Assembly (NCBI RefSeq): GCF_006345805.1
Contig: NC_043003.1
Location: forward strand, 60,140,001-60,204,000
Source of the DNA: Octopus sinensis
Taxonomy: Eukaryota
Direction of reading: 5' to 3'
Length of the DNA stretch: 64,000 nt
How positions within the stretch are numbered: the stretch's first letter is position 1; each line of letters begins with the position of its first letter. This document shows positions 38,259 to 54,162 of the stretch, piece by piece. The notes under the pieces are model-generated. The model had not been told where the DNA came from, searched no databases, and saw nothing but the letters and a program-made list of their open reading frames with translations. The translations under genes and the position numbers were made by a program.

Positions 38259-38626
38259 TCTCTCTATATATAACGGCAGTTTGTCTGTGTGTGTTCTGTG
38301 TGTCTGTTAGGTTGTACCCTCACCTGACCACGGCTTTCAACCGATTCTGATGAACTTGACACACATAGCCCAATGTCATAATTCAAAACTAACGCAGCGA
38401 AATTTTGAAAAGTTCCCCCAATTCTGAAAAAATCGATAAATTCGACATGGGTCGAGAATCAGAAACACAAACCAGACTGTCTAGGGGACGCAACTCTACC
38501 TTTTTAACTCTCAAAAAAATTTACCATTTTTTTTTCCATTTTATTGCTATTTTTGGCTATAACTCTCTAAAATGCTTTATAGTTATTTCCCTTACAAACC
38601 CGAGCAACGCCGGGCGATACTGCTAG
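38259..38626 (+). mobile_element. Non-autonomous Helitron, complete (368 bp)
   Basis: 5' A|TC, 3' hairpin CCCGAGCAACGCCGGG then CTAG|T. Inserted between A and T with no TSD. Confidence 0.85.
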
Positions 38627-39089
38627 TTCTTCACTATAAATTCGACACACCTCCACTACTTCACACAGAGCATTGAGATGCTTTACAGAAAGCATTGAGA
38701 GATTGTATAGCATTCAGTATGTGAGACAGCTAAGAGGCAACATCAGACGGGACACAGGAACGTGTAGCTGAGCAGCAGCCGACAACGGCAAGCCAATGGA
38801 CGATCGTTGGCAGCAACACGAGGACCAGCAACCAACCTTTTGACGGCTACTTCAACCACATTGGACAACAAACTTTATCTCCAAAGCCTATCGATTTTTT
38901 GTCGTTCGCAGTAACGACAATAAGTGCTTTTTGTTTTAAGGAAGAATACAAATTTTGTTTGTCAAAAATCTTAAAAGATTACTTCGTCTTCTACGTACAC
39001 ATTAAATGAAAATGTGAAAAGACCAGTAAATTCTTCTCTTGAGAAAACCGCAAAGAAAACGAATCACGATAGAAGTGATAACAGCATCG

Positions 39090-39432
39090 AAGGCGGCGAG
39101 CTGGCAGAAACGTTAGCGCGCCGGGCGAAATACTAAGCGGTATTTCGTATGCCGCTACTTTCTGAGTTCAAATTCTCCTGAGGTCGACTTTGCCTTTCAT
39201 CCTTTCGGGGTCGATTAAATAAGTACCAGTTAGTACTGGGGTCGATATAATTGACTTACTCCTACTTTCTGAGTTCAAATTCTCCTGAGGTCGACTTTGC
39301 CTTTCATCCTTTCGGGGTCGATTAAATAAGTACCAGTTAGTACTGGGGTCGATATAATTGACTTACTCCGTTTGTCTGTCCTTGTTTGTCCCCTCTATGT
39401 TTAGCCCCTTGTTGGCAGTAAAGAAATAAGAA
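39090..39432 (+). mobile_element. SINE S2 with a perfect internal 107-bp tandem duplication
   Basis: Head AAGGCGGCGAGCTGGCAGAAACGTTAGC. 39155-39261 is repeated exactly at 39262-39368. Tail AAAGAAATAAG. Confidence 0.9.
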
Positions 39433-39999
39433 GTAATAACAGCATCCATATTTTTCAGTGAAACAACTCTACGACATAGCGCGTACAAGCGGTAGCTGCA
39501 CAGGAACAGACAGGAATCAGTGAGGAATATAAGTAATGCAAAATGTAGCTCATGGCAGAATTCTCACAAAACTCCGCTACATTAACAAAAAATAGCAGGA
39601 AAGAACGATTAGGAGACGAGTCGATAAGTCGCATCTCGACTTAATTTTATATGTGATCGATCGAGTTGCCAAACAACACTTAGCTTAATTGAAGCTCTAT
39701 TCTTTTGGACATTGAATGTATTTTTGTTTTGTATTGCAATTGTCATTCTCTAATCAATGGAAGTAAAAGCAATAGATCTTAACAGAAAGATATAACCAAT
39801 ATGTACCATCTCTCTCCATTAAAATAGCTACAGACTCAGGAAAAATATCGGACAATTGAATACTATCATTAAGTGCTAAGGGAATAAAAAAAAATCATGA
39901 ATCACCAGCTGCGGTTTAAAATGGAGTTTATAAGGAGTACTGAACTACTTCCAAAATAAATACCACTTGCTCGTTATCTCCCCCGTCTCCAGTGATGTA

Positions 40000-40400
40000 C
40001 GCTACAAATATCTCTATAAATGCTACAAAATCATCATACAAGAAGAAAGTTCAACATGTGTAAATATCTCGCTAGTTACAGAACGCTAACAACATTGAGA
40101 GGAATAATAGCCTCTTCTCGATCTGTGATAGGTATATCATATCATCTTAACTTGTCCATCTTTGCAATCCAAGAACCGAAGACAGTGGTAAAATACATGA
40201 TCGGCAAAAGAGATAAAGAATGCCGTTAATGCTTCGACCACCGATAATTCCATGTTATTATAGAAAATATAGCCCACGACATCATAAACTGTCCAAAAAT
40301 ATCTGCAAGGTGCGATTACCCTCTTATGACACATAATATCTGACACAGTTGCTAAATATTTACAATCATATGCGCAGGAAGGATTGTCTTCATGGCCATG
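40000..40400 (+). mobile_element. Very degenerate R4/Dong-like retroelement fragment
   Basis: IFAIQE..KYMIGKR and ENIAHDIINCPKISAR..P..HN resemble the region around the CCHC zinc knuckle upstream of an RLE domain. Confidence 0.5.
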
Positions 40401-41748
40401 CTAAAGTTACGCCAGATTGACACACACATACACACATCACACACACACACACACACACACATACATTTATATACTCGAAAATGAGAGAAACAGCATCTTC
40501 AGAGTTGGAGAAGAACTACTGTTGAGGTACTCGGAGAATCCAGCTGTCTCATGCAGCCTAAAGGAAGCTGAACTGACCTACCTAAACAGAAGCTTGAAAG
40601 CGTAGCAGGCATCATGCCAACAAAACGCAGTGCATGGGTACATATTCTGTAAGCTAGATGGGAACCAACAGCATTGACAGGAACAAATTTGCAAAAAAAA
40701 AAACCTGAAATACTCGGTTTTCACGGGGGAAATGCAAAAGGGACTGCAGCGAATTCTCTAAATCCAATCTACTGGGGGCACAGTGAAAATTTTGTAAGAG
40801 ATACCAAAAATTCTCCATGTAGGATTCTTATGTGAATAGATGCACACGTTTGGGTGTGTGCATCGACAGTTCGACCAACACAACTCAACCATACATTTAT
40901 AAACACCGGGAACTCCATTAACAGGAAAAGTCTTGTCGCTTTGTTAGAAACTGGCTTCATCTCTCTCAAGAAATTAAACTCAAAGAAAAATCATACATAC
41001 ATACGTACATACATACAAGACTCCATAAGCAGCCGTAACCGGAAGAAGTCAATGTGAAAACTACTAACCGGGCATTTAGTCGGCTAGAAAAAGCAGCCTA
41101 ATATCCCTAATATTACCACGCCAACAACAGTCTCAAGACAAAGAAACACATTATAACTATGTTCGGTGTGACTGAAAACTATGAGTTAGTCACAACTGCA
41201 ATGGTTTCGATTAAAAATATTATCAAACGTGTTACGACGTTGAAAAGACGTTTCAAGTCATTGCCTAGTACCAGAGGGTGTCGTTCATAGGATCTTATAC
41301 AGTACATATGGTTATTGATCGATATAAAAATTTATCTGTGCGAGTAGACCTATATCTAAGAACACGTGTATACACTAGCATGACGATCTATATTTTGTGT
41401 TCGGGAATATCAAATAATATATCTCAGGTATGTATGCCGGTAATAACATGAAAGTGATTGTGGATGTATTTGTATTGTGCCGGTGTAATTATGTGCGTTC
41501 GGAAGAAGAAACACACAGTAAGATAGATAGTGACAGCGAGAGACAGAGAGGGAAGAATACAGGAGTATAGAGGAAGAGAAAAACGGAAATATAGGGAGAT
41601 TGAATTCTATGAGTAATGCAGATCCTATATTGAAGATCATAAATTTGAGTCATCCATTCAAATACGCACATATTAAAATTTCATACATTTATATATGGCT
41701 CGTGTGTACATATATGTGTGTGCGTGTGTGTCTGTGAGTGTGTGTGTC

Positions 41749-41849
<101 letters not shown>

Positions 41850-42006
41850 ATATATGCACGCCTCCTGCCTACCTTCTGAAATGCACTGAAAAGAAGATAT
41901 CACAGCAGCCCATCAGGTGAACGAACGAGATTTCAAACGTTGTTGCAACGAGATCTGATACGTAAAGTTTGTTTGTATTCTTTGCTTTCGTGCATGCGTG
42001 TGTGCG

Positions 42007-42059
<53 letters not shown>

Positions 42060-42407
42060 CTTTCATTCACATCAGAAGGAATTTAAATCTGATTATATGC
42101 CTAAAATCCATTGTGAAGTAGATATAGAGAGAAAAGCAACTGAAAAATTTACGAGAAGCAATACACGTTAGGTAATAAAAAGCAAATAAATATATAAGTT
42201 CATAAATAACTCAGAAAATACAAATGAATGAAAGCGGAAACAGGTTCTTTACCTTACTGAAAATTAACATATAAACAGAATTCTGTAGGGGTTTTCCTTT
42301 CGTGTGCTCCTTTCAAAACTCATAAAAAAATAACTTGCCCTTAAATAAGAAAACCTGGAGGCAGAAAATGTTTCTCTAGTATTACACACCATAATGCTAT
42401 ATATATA

Positions 42408-42449
<42 letters not shown>

Positions 42450-42476
42450 TAGATATACAGATAGTTATATACATAC

Positions 42477-42525
<49 letters not shown>

Positions 42526-42820
42526 AAAAAATATATATATATATACATACATATATGTGTGTCTATATATATATATATACATATATATACACGCATAGTA
42601 TGCATGCATATATATGTCTCAACGCATAGAATATATGCATACGTCTATGTCTGTCAGCGTTTTTGTGTGCATAGATGTATGTATGAGCGTATCTATGTGT
42701 GTGTGTGTGTGTGTGTATATACAAATATACATATATGACCAACTGAAAACGTTTCCTGTTTATTATGCAGGGAATATTCCCTTTCAATATGATATATATA
42801 TGCATGTCTGTATTTATGTA

Positions 42821-42975
<155 letters not shown>

Positions 42976-43924
42976 ATATATGTATACACGCACACACATA
43001 TATATATATTATATACATACTCATATACGTGTAAATATATATGAATATCCATATGTATATACACGTATACATCTATATGTATGCCTATATCTAGACATCT
43101 ATCCATATAAATATATATATATATATATATATACATATGTCTATATCTGTCTATATGTATGTGAGTATGTGTGTGTGTGAGTGTGAAAAGAAAGAGAGAG
43201 TAATATATACATTAGCATATGCATGTGTGTTTTGCGATTTTCCATTTGCATATGTGTGTGTGTGTGTATTTCATCAGATAGACATAAAGCAGTGTATTTT
43301 ATTACTAAGCATTATAGAAGATTATTCATACTTCCGTTTGCAAAATAGTATGGAAGTTCTAAACTAGGAATGCCTTTCGGTCGAATATCTCGCGCCTTCC
43401 CACACACATGATGATAAACGGTCACTGAATCCTACGCGTCCATAGTTTTGTGATGACGATAATTCATTATGGTTAATGTGGGCTTCATGTTATGCGCTTG
43501 TTTTGACTGAGAATTTGGCCTGAGTAAAAGGGAAACCATTCATTGCATAAGTCTCCGAGTATGGTGAGAATCAGCTATTTTATTAACTAACTCTAATGCA
43601 TGCACTGTGTACACTCGTTGTCCTTATTCCTATAGGTTGAAGTTTTACGTTCCTAACAGCCGACAGCTGATGAAGGGTCGTTCTTTATGTTACTTGTCTT
43701 GTTTTCCATTTGTTTCATTCGTTGTTCGCAAAAAAGTTCGTATTCCATGTTTTCGTATTCCGTATTTCATGCTGTTTACGTTTTATGACATCCTGTACCC
43801 ATATATGCATATGTATATACATATATATGTAAGTTTGTACATATATGTATGTATATATGCATATGTATATTATTTATATTATATACATATGTATATGCAC
43901 ACACACACACACACAGACACACAC

Positions 43925-43976
<52 letters not shown>

Positions 43977-44140
43977 TATATTTATATGTATAAATCTTTT
44001 AAATTTGTTTATGGGAGATATTTAAAATATGCTAATAAGGCTCCTATTCCATTAAGCTGGCCTCCGTCGAATGATGCTGACTAGTAAACGAGATTTTCAG
44101 GGTTGCACCAAGTTGTGCCAATCAAGTTGTAGGAGAAATA

Positions 44141-44141
44141 C

Positions 44142-44209
<68 letters not shown>

Positions 44210-44214
44210 TGATG

Positions 44215-44289
<75 letters not shown>
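44141..44289. repeat. (AAT)n microsatellite
   Basis: Direct inspection. Source of the poly-I, poly-L and poly-Y ORFs. Confidence 0.95.
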
Positions 44290-44643
44290 GCAAGAGCACT
44301 CAGAGTGTGCAAACCTCCGGCAACGTCCTCTCAACGATTAGCAAGAGATGGTTTTTAAAATGAGAATACCTGAAATAAACTCGACTGCTCTCACAAATGA
44401 GAATACTAAAAATGAACCCGACTATTGTCAAAAATTATGTTTAAAAAAGAACGGAAAAATAATCCAGAATCTTTCTCCGGTACCGGATCGATCTCGAAAT
44501 CTGATCAGTTTGTGCCAGTCACAACGCCATAGATACCTGAACGTTTCATCCGTGTCTTTCCAGCGATTCTTGAGATATCTTGTCCACGGACAAACAAACG
44601 CGGCTGAAACAATACCTCCGCCTTCGCGCATAGCGATGGTATT
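44289..44643 (+). mobile_element. Probable non-autonomous Helentron-type (HINE-like) element
   Basis: 5' AGCAAGAGCACTCAGAG..ACCTCCGGC and 3' AATACCTCCGCC...GGTATT (subterminal repeat plus degenerate hairpin), with an internal ACAAACAAAC tract. Confidence 0.5.
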
Positions 44644-44914
44644 AAATGTTTATAAATCCCATCCAAGTATTATTTTGTTTCTTTTGTTATTATTACACAT
44701 ACATAAATACATACATACATACATACATAAATACATGGTGGCTACCCCCACGTTATCGAGTATGGCCATTGCACGAAGCTTAATCAATGTTGTTATCGTG
44801 CAATGCCTGTGCAAAAAGATATTTTTTAAAGTAAGGAAAGGCTGTGCACTGAGTCAATCCCACTCACTAAGCAACAGCAGCCATAATCCGAAAAGGAGAA
44901 CAAGTCAACATCAT

Positions 44915-45290
44915 CGGTAACCACTGAGCCGCAGGTTTTAGGTCGGAGTTATCCCAGTTACCTGAGTTATCTTCTCCTAGAAGGATGCCCTAACAAAGGC
45001 TAGGAGTCCTTCACTCCCAATGGTTTAACCGCGCGATCGGGTATTTAGTCCGATTCTTTCTATGTCTCGCACATGATACAGCCTTAAAACAGTTATTGGA
45101 TGGCCGTTGACTCTCAAGATTTCCTCCGCCCTATGACGGGTTTTGTTTTTCATCCCGCAGGGTGTCCAATAAACACCCTCCTCACCAAGCAAGCTTGGTG
45201 GGGTTGCCGGTTTAGTCGCCGACGACCCGACCATGCAGCAGGTTGTACTGGGTTACATGTTACCAGTAGCACTCGAAAGTGACCTGACAT
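44915..45290. mobile_element. Non-autonomous retroelement, probably RTE-derived
   Basis: TCTTCTCCTAGAAGGATGCCCTAACAAAGGCTAGGAG resembles the conserved 5' motif of RTE elements. Short (CTGAC)-type tail. No ORF. Confidence 0.45.
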
Positions 45291-45318
45291 AAACATAAAT
45301 ACATAGACTCATACATAC

Positions 45319-45361
<43 letters not shown>

Positions 45362-45419
45362 TCACACACACGCACACACACACACACACGCACACACACA
45401 CACATACACACACACACAT

Positions 45420-45483
<64 letters not shown>

Positions 45484-45488
<5 letters not shown>

Positions 45489-45712
45489 CGAGGGTTCCAG
45501 AGGATTCGATCAACGGAACAGCCTGCTCAGTCCTCACCGTAATAGTGAATGTGACAAGGCTGAACCTTTGAAATACGGGTACTGCTCGTTCATATCAGAT
45601 GAGTGTGCTGGATAACCTGCAATAAAGTGCCTTGCTCAAGGGCACAACTTGTCGCCGGGAATCGAACACACAAAGTCAGGATCGTGAGCCGAATACTGCA
45701 ACCATTACACAA
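45484..45712 (-). mobile_element. Degenerate tRNA-derived SINE
   Basis: Minus strand GGTTGCAGTATTCGGCTCACGATCC...GTTCGATTCCCGGC...GTGCCCTTGAGCAAGGCACTTTATT (B box plus CORE-like segment). Confidence 0.65.
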
Positions 45713-46632
45713 CACACACATACACACACACACATATATATCTTTACGTATACACGTAAATATACCGACAATAATGTGTGTGTGAGTGTGTGAGTGTGTG
45801 TGTCAAATACACCTATGTTAACTACCATAGAACATACATCTAGCATACAGGTATGTTAAATGCCATAGAACTAAATCCTTTCTTTATTAACATGATTTCT
45901 ACGTCTAAATGATGTTATGATAACTAAGTAACAATTAAGACTAGAAGGGAAGGTAATCTAAACAAAATCAGAAAGTCTCCAGATGTGACATGCCATTAAT
46001 CGAAATAGTTGGTTTACTGTCTTGAACCCGTATTTCTACAACTATACGCGTCATCGACACAACACACGGCCTAAACTATCTCCAGAAACCAAAGTGTGTT
46101 AGACATATAGAAAAGAGAGGATATTGATCGCCAAGTTGTACACGCAGACAGAGAGACACGCACACACACAAACACACGCATTCACCACCACATACACACA
46201 CTCACATACACACACACACATACACACACACATACACCAAACATATATTGTGGATTATCCTTTTCATTAGACGCTACAGATTCAGTTGTTTGGCCTACTG
46301 GATTACTACTCGGGCAATTAGCTTTTCATGGGTAGGGTATTTCACCGGCATGCGTACCAACGACGTTCAATCTTAAGCAAAATAATTTTACAAGACTGTG
46401 CTTTGGATTAGTAGGAAAAGAAACACATGAGTGAGAGGCAGAGTGAGATTCATCTCACCCTCACCCTCAGTGCTGGTACTTTAACCAAAGCCGAAATGAT
46501 GACTGACAAAGTTTACAGCCTCATAATTTGAATAACATGTGCAGCGAGCTGGAATACGTATCTCCAAGATGCGTATATATATACATGTTTTTTGTGTGCG
46601 TGTCTATGTATGTGTATGTGTGTGTGTGTATA

Positions 46633-47523
46633 CAGGGTGTGATGGAGAAACTGTCGCCATTTTATATTTTTAATTTCGCGCATGCACAGTGTTTATTTTT
46701 AGTTATTTTGTCGACTGCACAGTACAATAGGGTGAGTTGGGCACCGTCTGTGAGAAAAACAGCACCATGATGCACTTCACTCTGCTTGAAATTTGGAGAC
46801 AACATGCTGTACTGTTCAGCACTCGCACCGGAAGCTCCATTACGAACATTTCAGAGTGTTTGGGCGTCAACACAAAACAGCCGTTGGCTTGCCGTGTTCC
46901 CAGATTGATAAAAATCAAACATCCAGCGAACGTCATGGTGTTTGGAGTGATCACTAATGATGGTGACGTTATGCCTCCATTCATCTTCCCACACAGTCTC
47001 AGACTCAATACAGAAAGGCCTTCTTCAAGTGCCTGGAGGATGTAGTGCTGCCTTGGATCAAAATGGTGGCTGCTGGAAGACACTATATCTGGTAACAAGA
47101 CACTGCACCATGCCACACAAGCGGGAGAACCCTGTCGTGGCTGTCAGACAATTTCTGCGACCACATCACCCCTAACATCTGGCCACCTAACTCTCCCTAC
47201 ACTGCAACCCCCTTGATTATTGTGTGTGGGTGCGGTTGAGCGAGGAACCAAGAAAACTCCTTGTAACACCAAAGATGAACTCAAAGCAAGAATTATGGCA
47301 GCATTCACCAACTTAAACAAGGATAACGTCAGAAGAGTTGCAGGAGATTCCGAAGTCGTCTGGAGACCGTGGTTGAAGCCAATGATGATTTTATTGAATA
47401 TATATACTCTTTAGTATTTCAAGATATTCTATGCAATTTTGGTAAATATATCTGTTAAAATGATGTGTCAGTGTTATTTTCATTTTTACGTAATTTAGAC
47501 GACAATTTATTCACCACACCCTG
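46633..47523 (+). mobile_element. Internally deleted Tc1/mariner-superfamily transposon (891 bp), both TIRs and TA TSDs
   Basis: TA|CAGGGTGTGATGGAGAAACTGTCG ... CGACAATTTATTCACCACACCCTG|TA. Transposase remnants KHPANVMVFGVITNDGDVMPPFIF, IWPPNSP..NPLDY and KDELKARIMAAF. Confidence 0.9.
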
Positions 47524-47907
47524 TATAAACAGCATACATATATCTAAATGGCAATCAAAGTTCAATATGGCTCCAAATATGATTTTCATCATATTGTGCG
47601 ATGCGAGGAAATGTGGATGCTTTTTCGTTTCCATAAAATATCGCTAGTACACGAGTATATTCACATAAATATATATATACAGAGAATCAGAAGCAAACTT
47701 ACACACAGACACACGCACACACGCAAACACACACAAACACACACAAACACACATATTCCGTGCATGTTGAAGGAACATGTAAGCGTTGTATTTTCACAAA
47801 ATATCACTTATATACGAACAGATATATATTTTCCAATATACATAAGTAGATACGTACATGCATGGATACATTACACACACAGACACATGCACATACAAAC
47901 ACACACA

Positions 47908-47961
<54 letters not shown>

Positions 47962-48445
47962 GAAAGAGAGCTAGAGAGAGAGAGACAGAGAGAAAGATGG
48001 ATGTGTAAACAGAAAGATAGGCAAACAGAAATATACTGAGAAAGATTGAATTTCCTTGCACACAATAATATTATCTAAAATCAAAGAGATGATTTAGTTT
48101 TTGCCTCTGAATTCTGAGAAATTCGCTAATCTATCTAACAACAACGTATGTGGCCTGTTTCTCACTGCCATTTATTTCATCTTTCCATTTCCTTAGACTT
48201 TTTCTTTGCTTATATATAAATTTCTCATTCGCCATATTTATTTATTTATGTATTTATTTATTTGTATATTCTACTAAATTTTTTGTCTACTTCCTTTCAC
48301 TTTCATGTAATTCATTGGATGTAATCTAAATATTTCAACTATACACTCGCTTCCTTTTTGCAGTCAAATTACCAACTCTTACTTGCTTCTGTATTTCCCT
48401 GTCACTATTTCTTTCTCCTCTCCCTCTCTCTTCTTCTCTCTCTCT

Positions 48446-48446
48446 A

Positions 48447-48520
<74 letters not shown>

Positions 48521-48521
48521 C

Positions 48522-48560
<39 letters not shown>
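48446..48560. repeat. (TATC)n microsatellite
   Basis: Direct inspection. Confidence 0.95.
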
Positions 48561-48565
<5 letters not shown>

Positions 48566-48795
48566 ATATCAATCAATCTATCTATCTGTTTATTTATTTA
48601 TCTATCTACCTATATATTTTTCTAACTATCTAGCTATCTTCCTACTTACAGTTATATATATGTATATATATGTATGTATATATATATACATACATACATA
48701 TATATATTTATCTATCTACCTATGTATTTCTTAGCTATCTAGCTATCTACCTACTTACAGAGTTATATATATGTATATGTATGTATGTATGTATG

Positions 48796-48861
<66 letters not shown>

Positions 48862-49696
48862 CATATATAAACAGATACATACATTCATACATACATAGAT
48901 ATATGTACTTATGTATGTGTTTATGAACATATATATATGGAGAGAGAAAGAAAGAGATGGAGAGAGGCTTACTCAATGATAGTTAGATAAATTGATATAC
49001 ATACACACAAACACACACATCAATACTTACATATATGCATACAAATATACTTACAAGCATACAAAGCACATCAGCACATGCGCATACAAGTGCACGTTCA
49101 CTTTACTATGTAGTCATGTCTACGTTTCTTCGCCTTTCTTCTGTGCCAATGTCTTACGTACATTCTCCTAGATCCGCTCTCCCTCTTCCTTCACTCTCAG
49201 TGTCACTGTAGCTATCTCTCTATCAATTTTCCTACATATTATAATTCTTCCTATCGTTCGCTTTCTCTCACTTCATTTCTCTCTTTGAGACAAATGCATA
49301 TATACACAATAGGAAGCACATATATATATTCAACCATTAAAGACTTTTATTACAACTGTACGTTACATGCTCCTACCAGCTTTCGTTTTCTTTCCTTTTC
49401 TCTCCTACACGCGGTCTCTCTGTTTCCCCTCTGAATTTTCTCCTGTCTCTCAATGTATTGCTTTACCTTCTCCTCCCATTTAGCTTTGTTTCTTTTCATC
49501 TTTTTTACTTTAATAGGTGTTTCTTCCTGTATGAAGTAATGTCTGTCTTTTGATTTTTCTTCACACCAACATTATTCAGTCTTCTCTCAAAATATTCCAA
49601 TGTTCTTTCTCATACTTTTCCTTACTCTGTTATTTTTCTCTAAATCCTCCCAAGGTTCTTTTCCCTAATCTTACTTTTCTCTATTTCTATCATTAC

Positions 49697-50115
<419 letters not shown>

Positions 50116-50675
50116 TTTCTCATTCTAATCCTTTCTCTTTAATGTTTCTTTCTCTCTCATTTATCTCCCCTTTGTTTCTTTTTGTTTCCACTCTCAGCCA
50201 TTCTCACCTTGTTTTGGTGCATCTCAAACCTTAACTTCCAATGCGCGAAAACGAAATAAAAAAAAAAATTAAATAAAAATGTAAAATATAAAAAAAAACG
50301 AAGGAAAGAAGAAAAAAGATAGACAATTGCCATACCATGTCAAAATATACTTTGAAAAATCTCCTCACGCGAGCAAACATCGAATAAATATATTTGTCAG
50401 TAGATTCATTTACATTTTTGAAAAGGAAAGCAAATATAATCACACAGCATCGGCAACAACAGCAACAACAATAATAGCTATAACACTAACACAAAATCAA
50501 ATCAAAACAATCACAAAAAAACAACAACAAAAACTTATATAGTAAAAACAACTACATTAACATCAACAATAACAACATGCCTTTAAAAACAACAAAACAA
50601 AAAAAAGCATAGACATGAATGAGAAAAAGTATAAGAAAGTGCTTAATGTTGAATCTTACGAAATAATAAAAATTA

Positions 50676-50676
50676 A

Positions 50677-50724
<48 letters not shown>

Positions 50725-50756
50725 CATCATCATCATCATCATCATCATCACCATAG

Positions 50757-50824
<68 letters not shown>

Positions 50825-51209
50825 TCAGTTGTGGTAGAATTAGGAGTAAGTGTAGCAGTAGTAGCAATAGTGACAGCTAAGAAGTAGACTTGAAAAAAAA
50901 AATACTTCGCTGGTGAGTTTTATCCATAAAAGCTTAGACGATATAGCACGCACTGAGTAACTTGCAGATTGATAAAAATCAACCCTGAGGCCCCATGGCT
51001 TTTTTTTTTTCTATCGTTTCTCAATAGAGAAATTTTCTACGTCCACAATTTTTCTTACTCTCACAGATATTAGATCTAATTTCCGGCATAAAGCTCCATA
51101 AGGACCAGTAAAAACTGAAAAAAGTCAAGGACGCGCTGTAAAAGAAGATTATTAACAAACTAAATCGCAAAACAATGATTTCTATATTTGTTTTATTATT
51201 ATTATTATT

Positions 51210-51240
<31 letters not shown>

Positions 51241-51255
51241 ACGTCATCATCATCG

Positions 51256-51300
<45 letters not shown>

Positions 51301-51367
51301 CAATTATCACCAGCAGCAGCAACTGATATTCTTGTTAATGCTGTTGTAGTAGTAGTTATTATTATTG

Positions 51368-51407
<40 letters not shown>

Positions 51408-52900
51408 CATTATTATTATTATTATTATTATCGAATACTTCACTCTTTTCATCATTTACTTCATAATTTTTTTTATTCTCCATCCACTTGTTGTTTTTGT
51501 TGTAGCTGTTGTCCTTTTTGATCCTCTTCCTTTTCGTCTTCTTCGTCTTCTTTCTCTCCTACTTCCTTTTCTTTTTCCAATTTGTCTTTTCCTCATTTTT
51601 TTTCTCTCTCTTTCTCTCGCTCTCTCTCCTTGCCTCTTTCGTTTAATTCTTCTCTAACTCCCTATTAACACCAGTTTATTTTACACTACCACTGACTGAC
51701 TATCAGAAAAATAAAAGCAGGCGCTAAACAGTAGAAATAATTATTGCCATCCACATGGGAAAGTACTGTTTAAATAATGTATCCAGTAGCAAACGTCTTA
51801 AAATAAAACAGGAAAGATGGCTAAATAAGATGAACGTAGCGAAGAAAATATGGCAGCTATTTTTTCCTCCATTTTGTTTCCCTCGTTTGTTTATTTGTTT
51901 GTTGATTTATGTTGTTTTTATTCTTGTTTGTTTTTGTAATAAACGAATGGGAAATATTATCAAGGCGTTTATTGCTAACTCCAGCTGAGCACAGAAATTA
52001 TTTTCACTTGTCTTTTCGTTTTGCTTTGCTTTACATTGGAAATATTTTTTTCATCTTCTCTTCAATCACTGATACATTATAAGTCACGTGACACAAATTT
52101 TCTATAACAACACCAACACAGTAATAGAACGGCGCCATCTTTTTATTTGCGTTTTATTTATTTATTTATATATCTTTTTTTTTCTCTCTCTCTATTTGCC
52201 ACTTTCATCTACTTTCAATTCTTCTCTTCGTTGCTGTACTTCATCTTTTACTCTCGGTCTTGTAGCTTCGATTTTTCTTGTTCTGAAGCATCTATCTATC
52301 TTTACATCATCATCATTCTCATCATTGTTATTATCATCATCATCATCATCATCACTATAATCAGTAGTAGTATTGCTGTCGACATCAAAACCATTATCAA
52401 TCATGATCATCACCATCATCGTCTTCATTTTCATCACCACTGCAACCACTATCATGAGACTTATGATGATGACGATGATGAAGATGATGATGGTGGTGGT
52501 GGTGGTGCTGGTGGTGCTGGTGGTGATCACTATCAATCACCATCGACATCATCATCATAAACATGGACATCATCCCCATCATCATCATCAACGTCATCAC
52601 CTTTGTCATCAATACCATCAACATCACTACTATGAAGACGATGATGATTACGATCATCAATCATCATCCGCATCATCAATATCGTCATTCACCTCCTCCT
52701 CATCATCATCATCATCAGCAACAACATCATCACTACCATTACCACCATAACTATCACCAAGACATCCACTTCAGCCACCACAGCCACCACCAGTAACACA
52801 CCACCACCACCACCATCATCATCACCATCATCATCATCACTACCAGCAGCAGTAGTATCATCATCGTTATCAACGACATTATCATCTTCATCATCATCAC
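50676..52900. repeat. Cluster of compound trinucleotide microsatellites (AAT, CAT, TAC, GAT, GGT, CAC)
   Basis: Direct inspection. Yields homopolymer-rich spurious ORFs in all frames. Confidence 0.9.
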
Positions 52901-53714
52901 CATCGCCAATTCTTTCTTCTTCCTATTTCTTTATCTGCCAATCCATCAAATATTATCTTTGATTCTTTTCTTTTGATGTTATTTTGCATATTTTTTTCTT
53001 CATTATACATATTTTTATCTTATCAATTTATTTTACTTTTTTATCCAATTTATATATTTTACATCTTTATTACTCTTTCTTGTTTTTCACAATCGATTAT
53101 ATAGTTTTGAGCAGAGTAAGGCATATGTGCTGTAAACTTCTATTTAATAGGTGGTCGTGAGTTCAAAACTACTACTGGCATATCTCTGGGCATCTAGTTG
53201 TGAAATAAGGCCCATAGACATGTCTTTTTTAGGTAGCTGAATTAAGAAAATCAACAGAGGTTTCCATATTGTATCTTTCTCTCTCAAGAACTTACCTGAG
53301 GCATTTGAGTTCTCTCCAAGAGTATACGCACACCCGGCTACACTAGTTGCCTATCGTGAAATATTATAACATTTTTTTTTCAGTGTGTCGTACTTGGATA
53401 GGGGAAAATTTCCGCAACCTCCCGTCTTATATCTACTACAGATTTCTTGAAGCTAACCTTCTTCCTACTTCTCGATCCCATGGTTTTTACATAAACACAC
53501 GCGCGCGTACGCACACACACACACACACACACACTTGCATCCACCTTGTTATAAACACACAAAACGGTAGCAACTCTCTCGGCAGATTTTTGTCATAATT
53601 CATATGTATATATACAAGATTTCCATGGAATTTCACTAACTTCTGTTCACTATCCTTCCATTTTTTCCTCCACTTCCTCTCTCTTCCGATATATATTTGT
53701 ATATATGTGTGTAT

Positions 53715-53980
53715 GCACATGGCCTAGTGGTTAGAGCAGTGGACTCGCGGTCGAGGGATCGTTGGTTCGAATCTCAGACCAGTCGATGTGTGTTTATGAG
53801 CGAAACACCTAAGCTCCACGCGGCTCCGGCAGAAGGTAATGGCAAATTTCGCCACAACTTTCTCTCACTCTTTCCTCCTGCATCTTCCAGCACACCTGCG
53901 ACGGACCGGCGTCCCGTCCAGGTGGGAAACCTATACGCCAAGGAAACCGGCCCTATGAGCCAGGCGTGGCTCGAGAAGGC
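53715..53980 (+). mobile_element. SINE S3b
   Basis: GCACATGGCCTAGTGGTTAGAGCAGTGGACTCGCGGTCG...GGTTCGAATCTCAGACC. Body as in 1336-1628. Confidence 0.88.
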
Positions 53981-54093
53981 ACAAACATGTATGTATGTAT
54001 GTATGTATGCATGCATGTATGCATGCACGCATGTATGTATGAATATTTATACACACTGACACATATGTCTAAACGTGTGCATATAAATGTGTA

Positions 54094-54162
<69 letters not shown>

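Noticed and set aside
43666-43690. CTGATGAAGGG in a (TA)n-associated repeat
   Set aside because: No GAAA with compatible stems on either side in this copy.
46271-46331. Possible micro-exon (TTTTCATTAG|…ATDSVVWPTGLLLGQLAFH…|GTAGGG)
   Set aside because: Splice-like signals of this quality are common by chance. The peptide is unrecognised and there is no transcript evidence.
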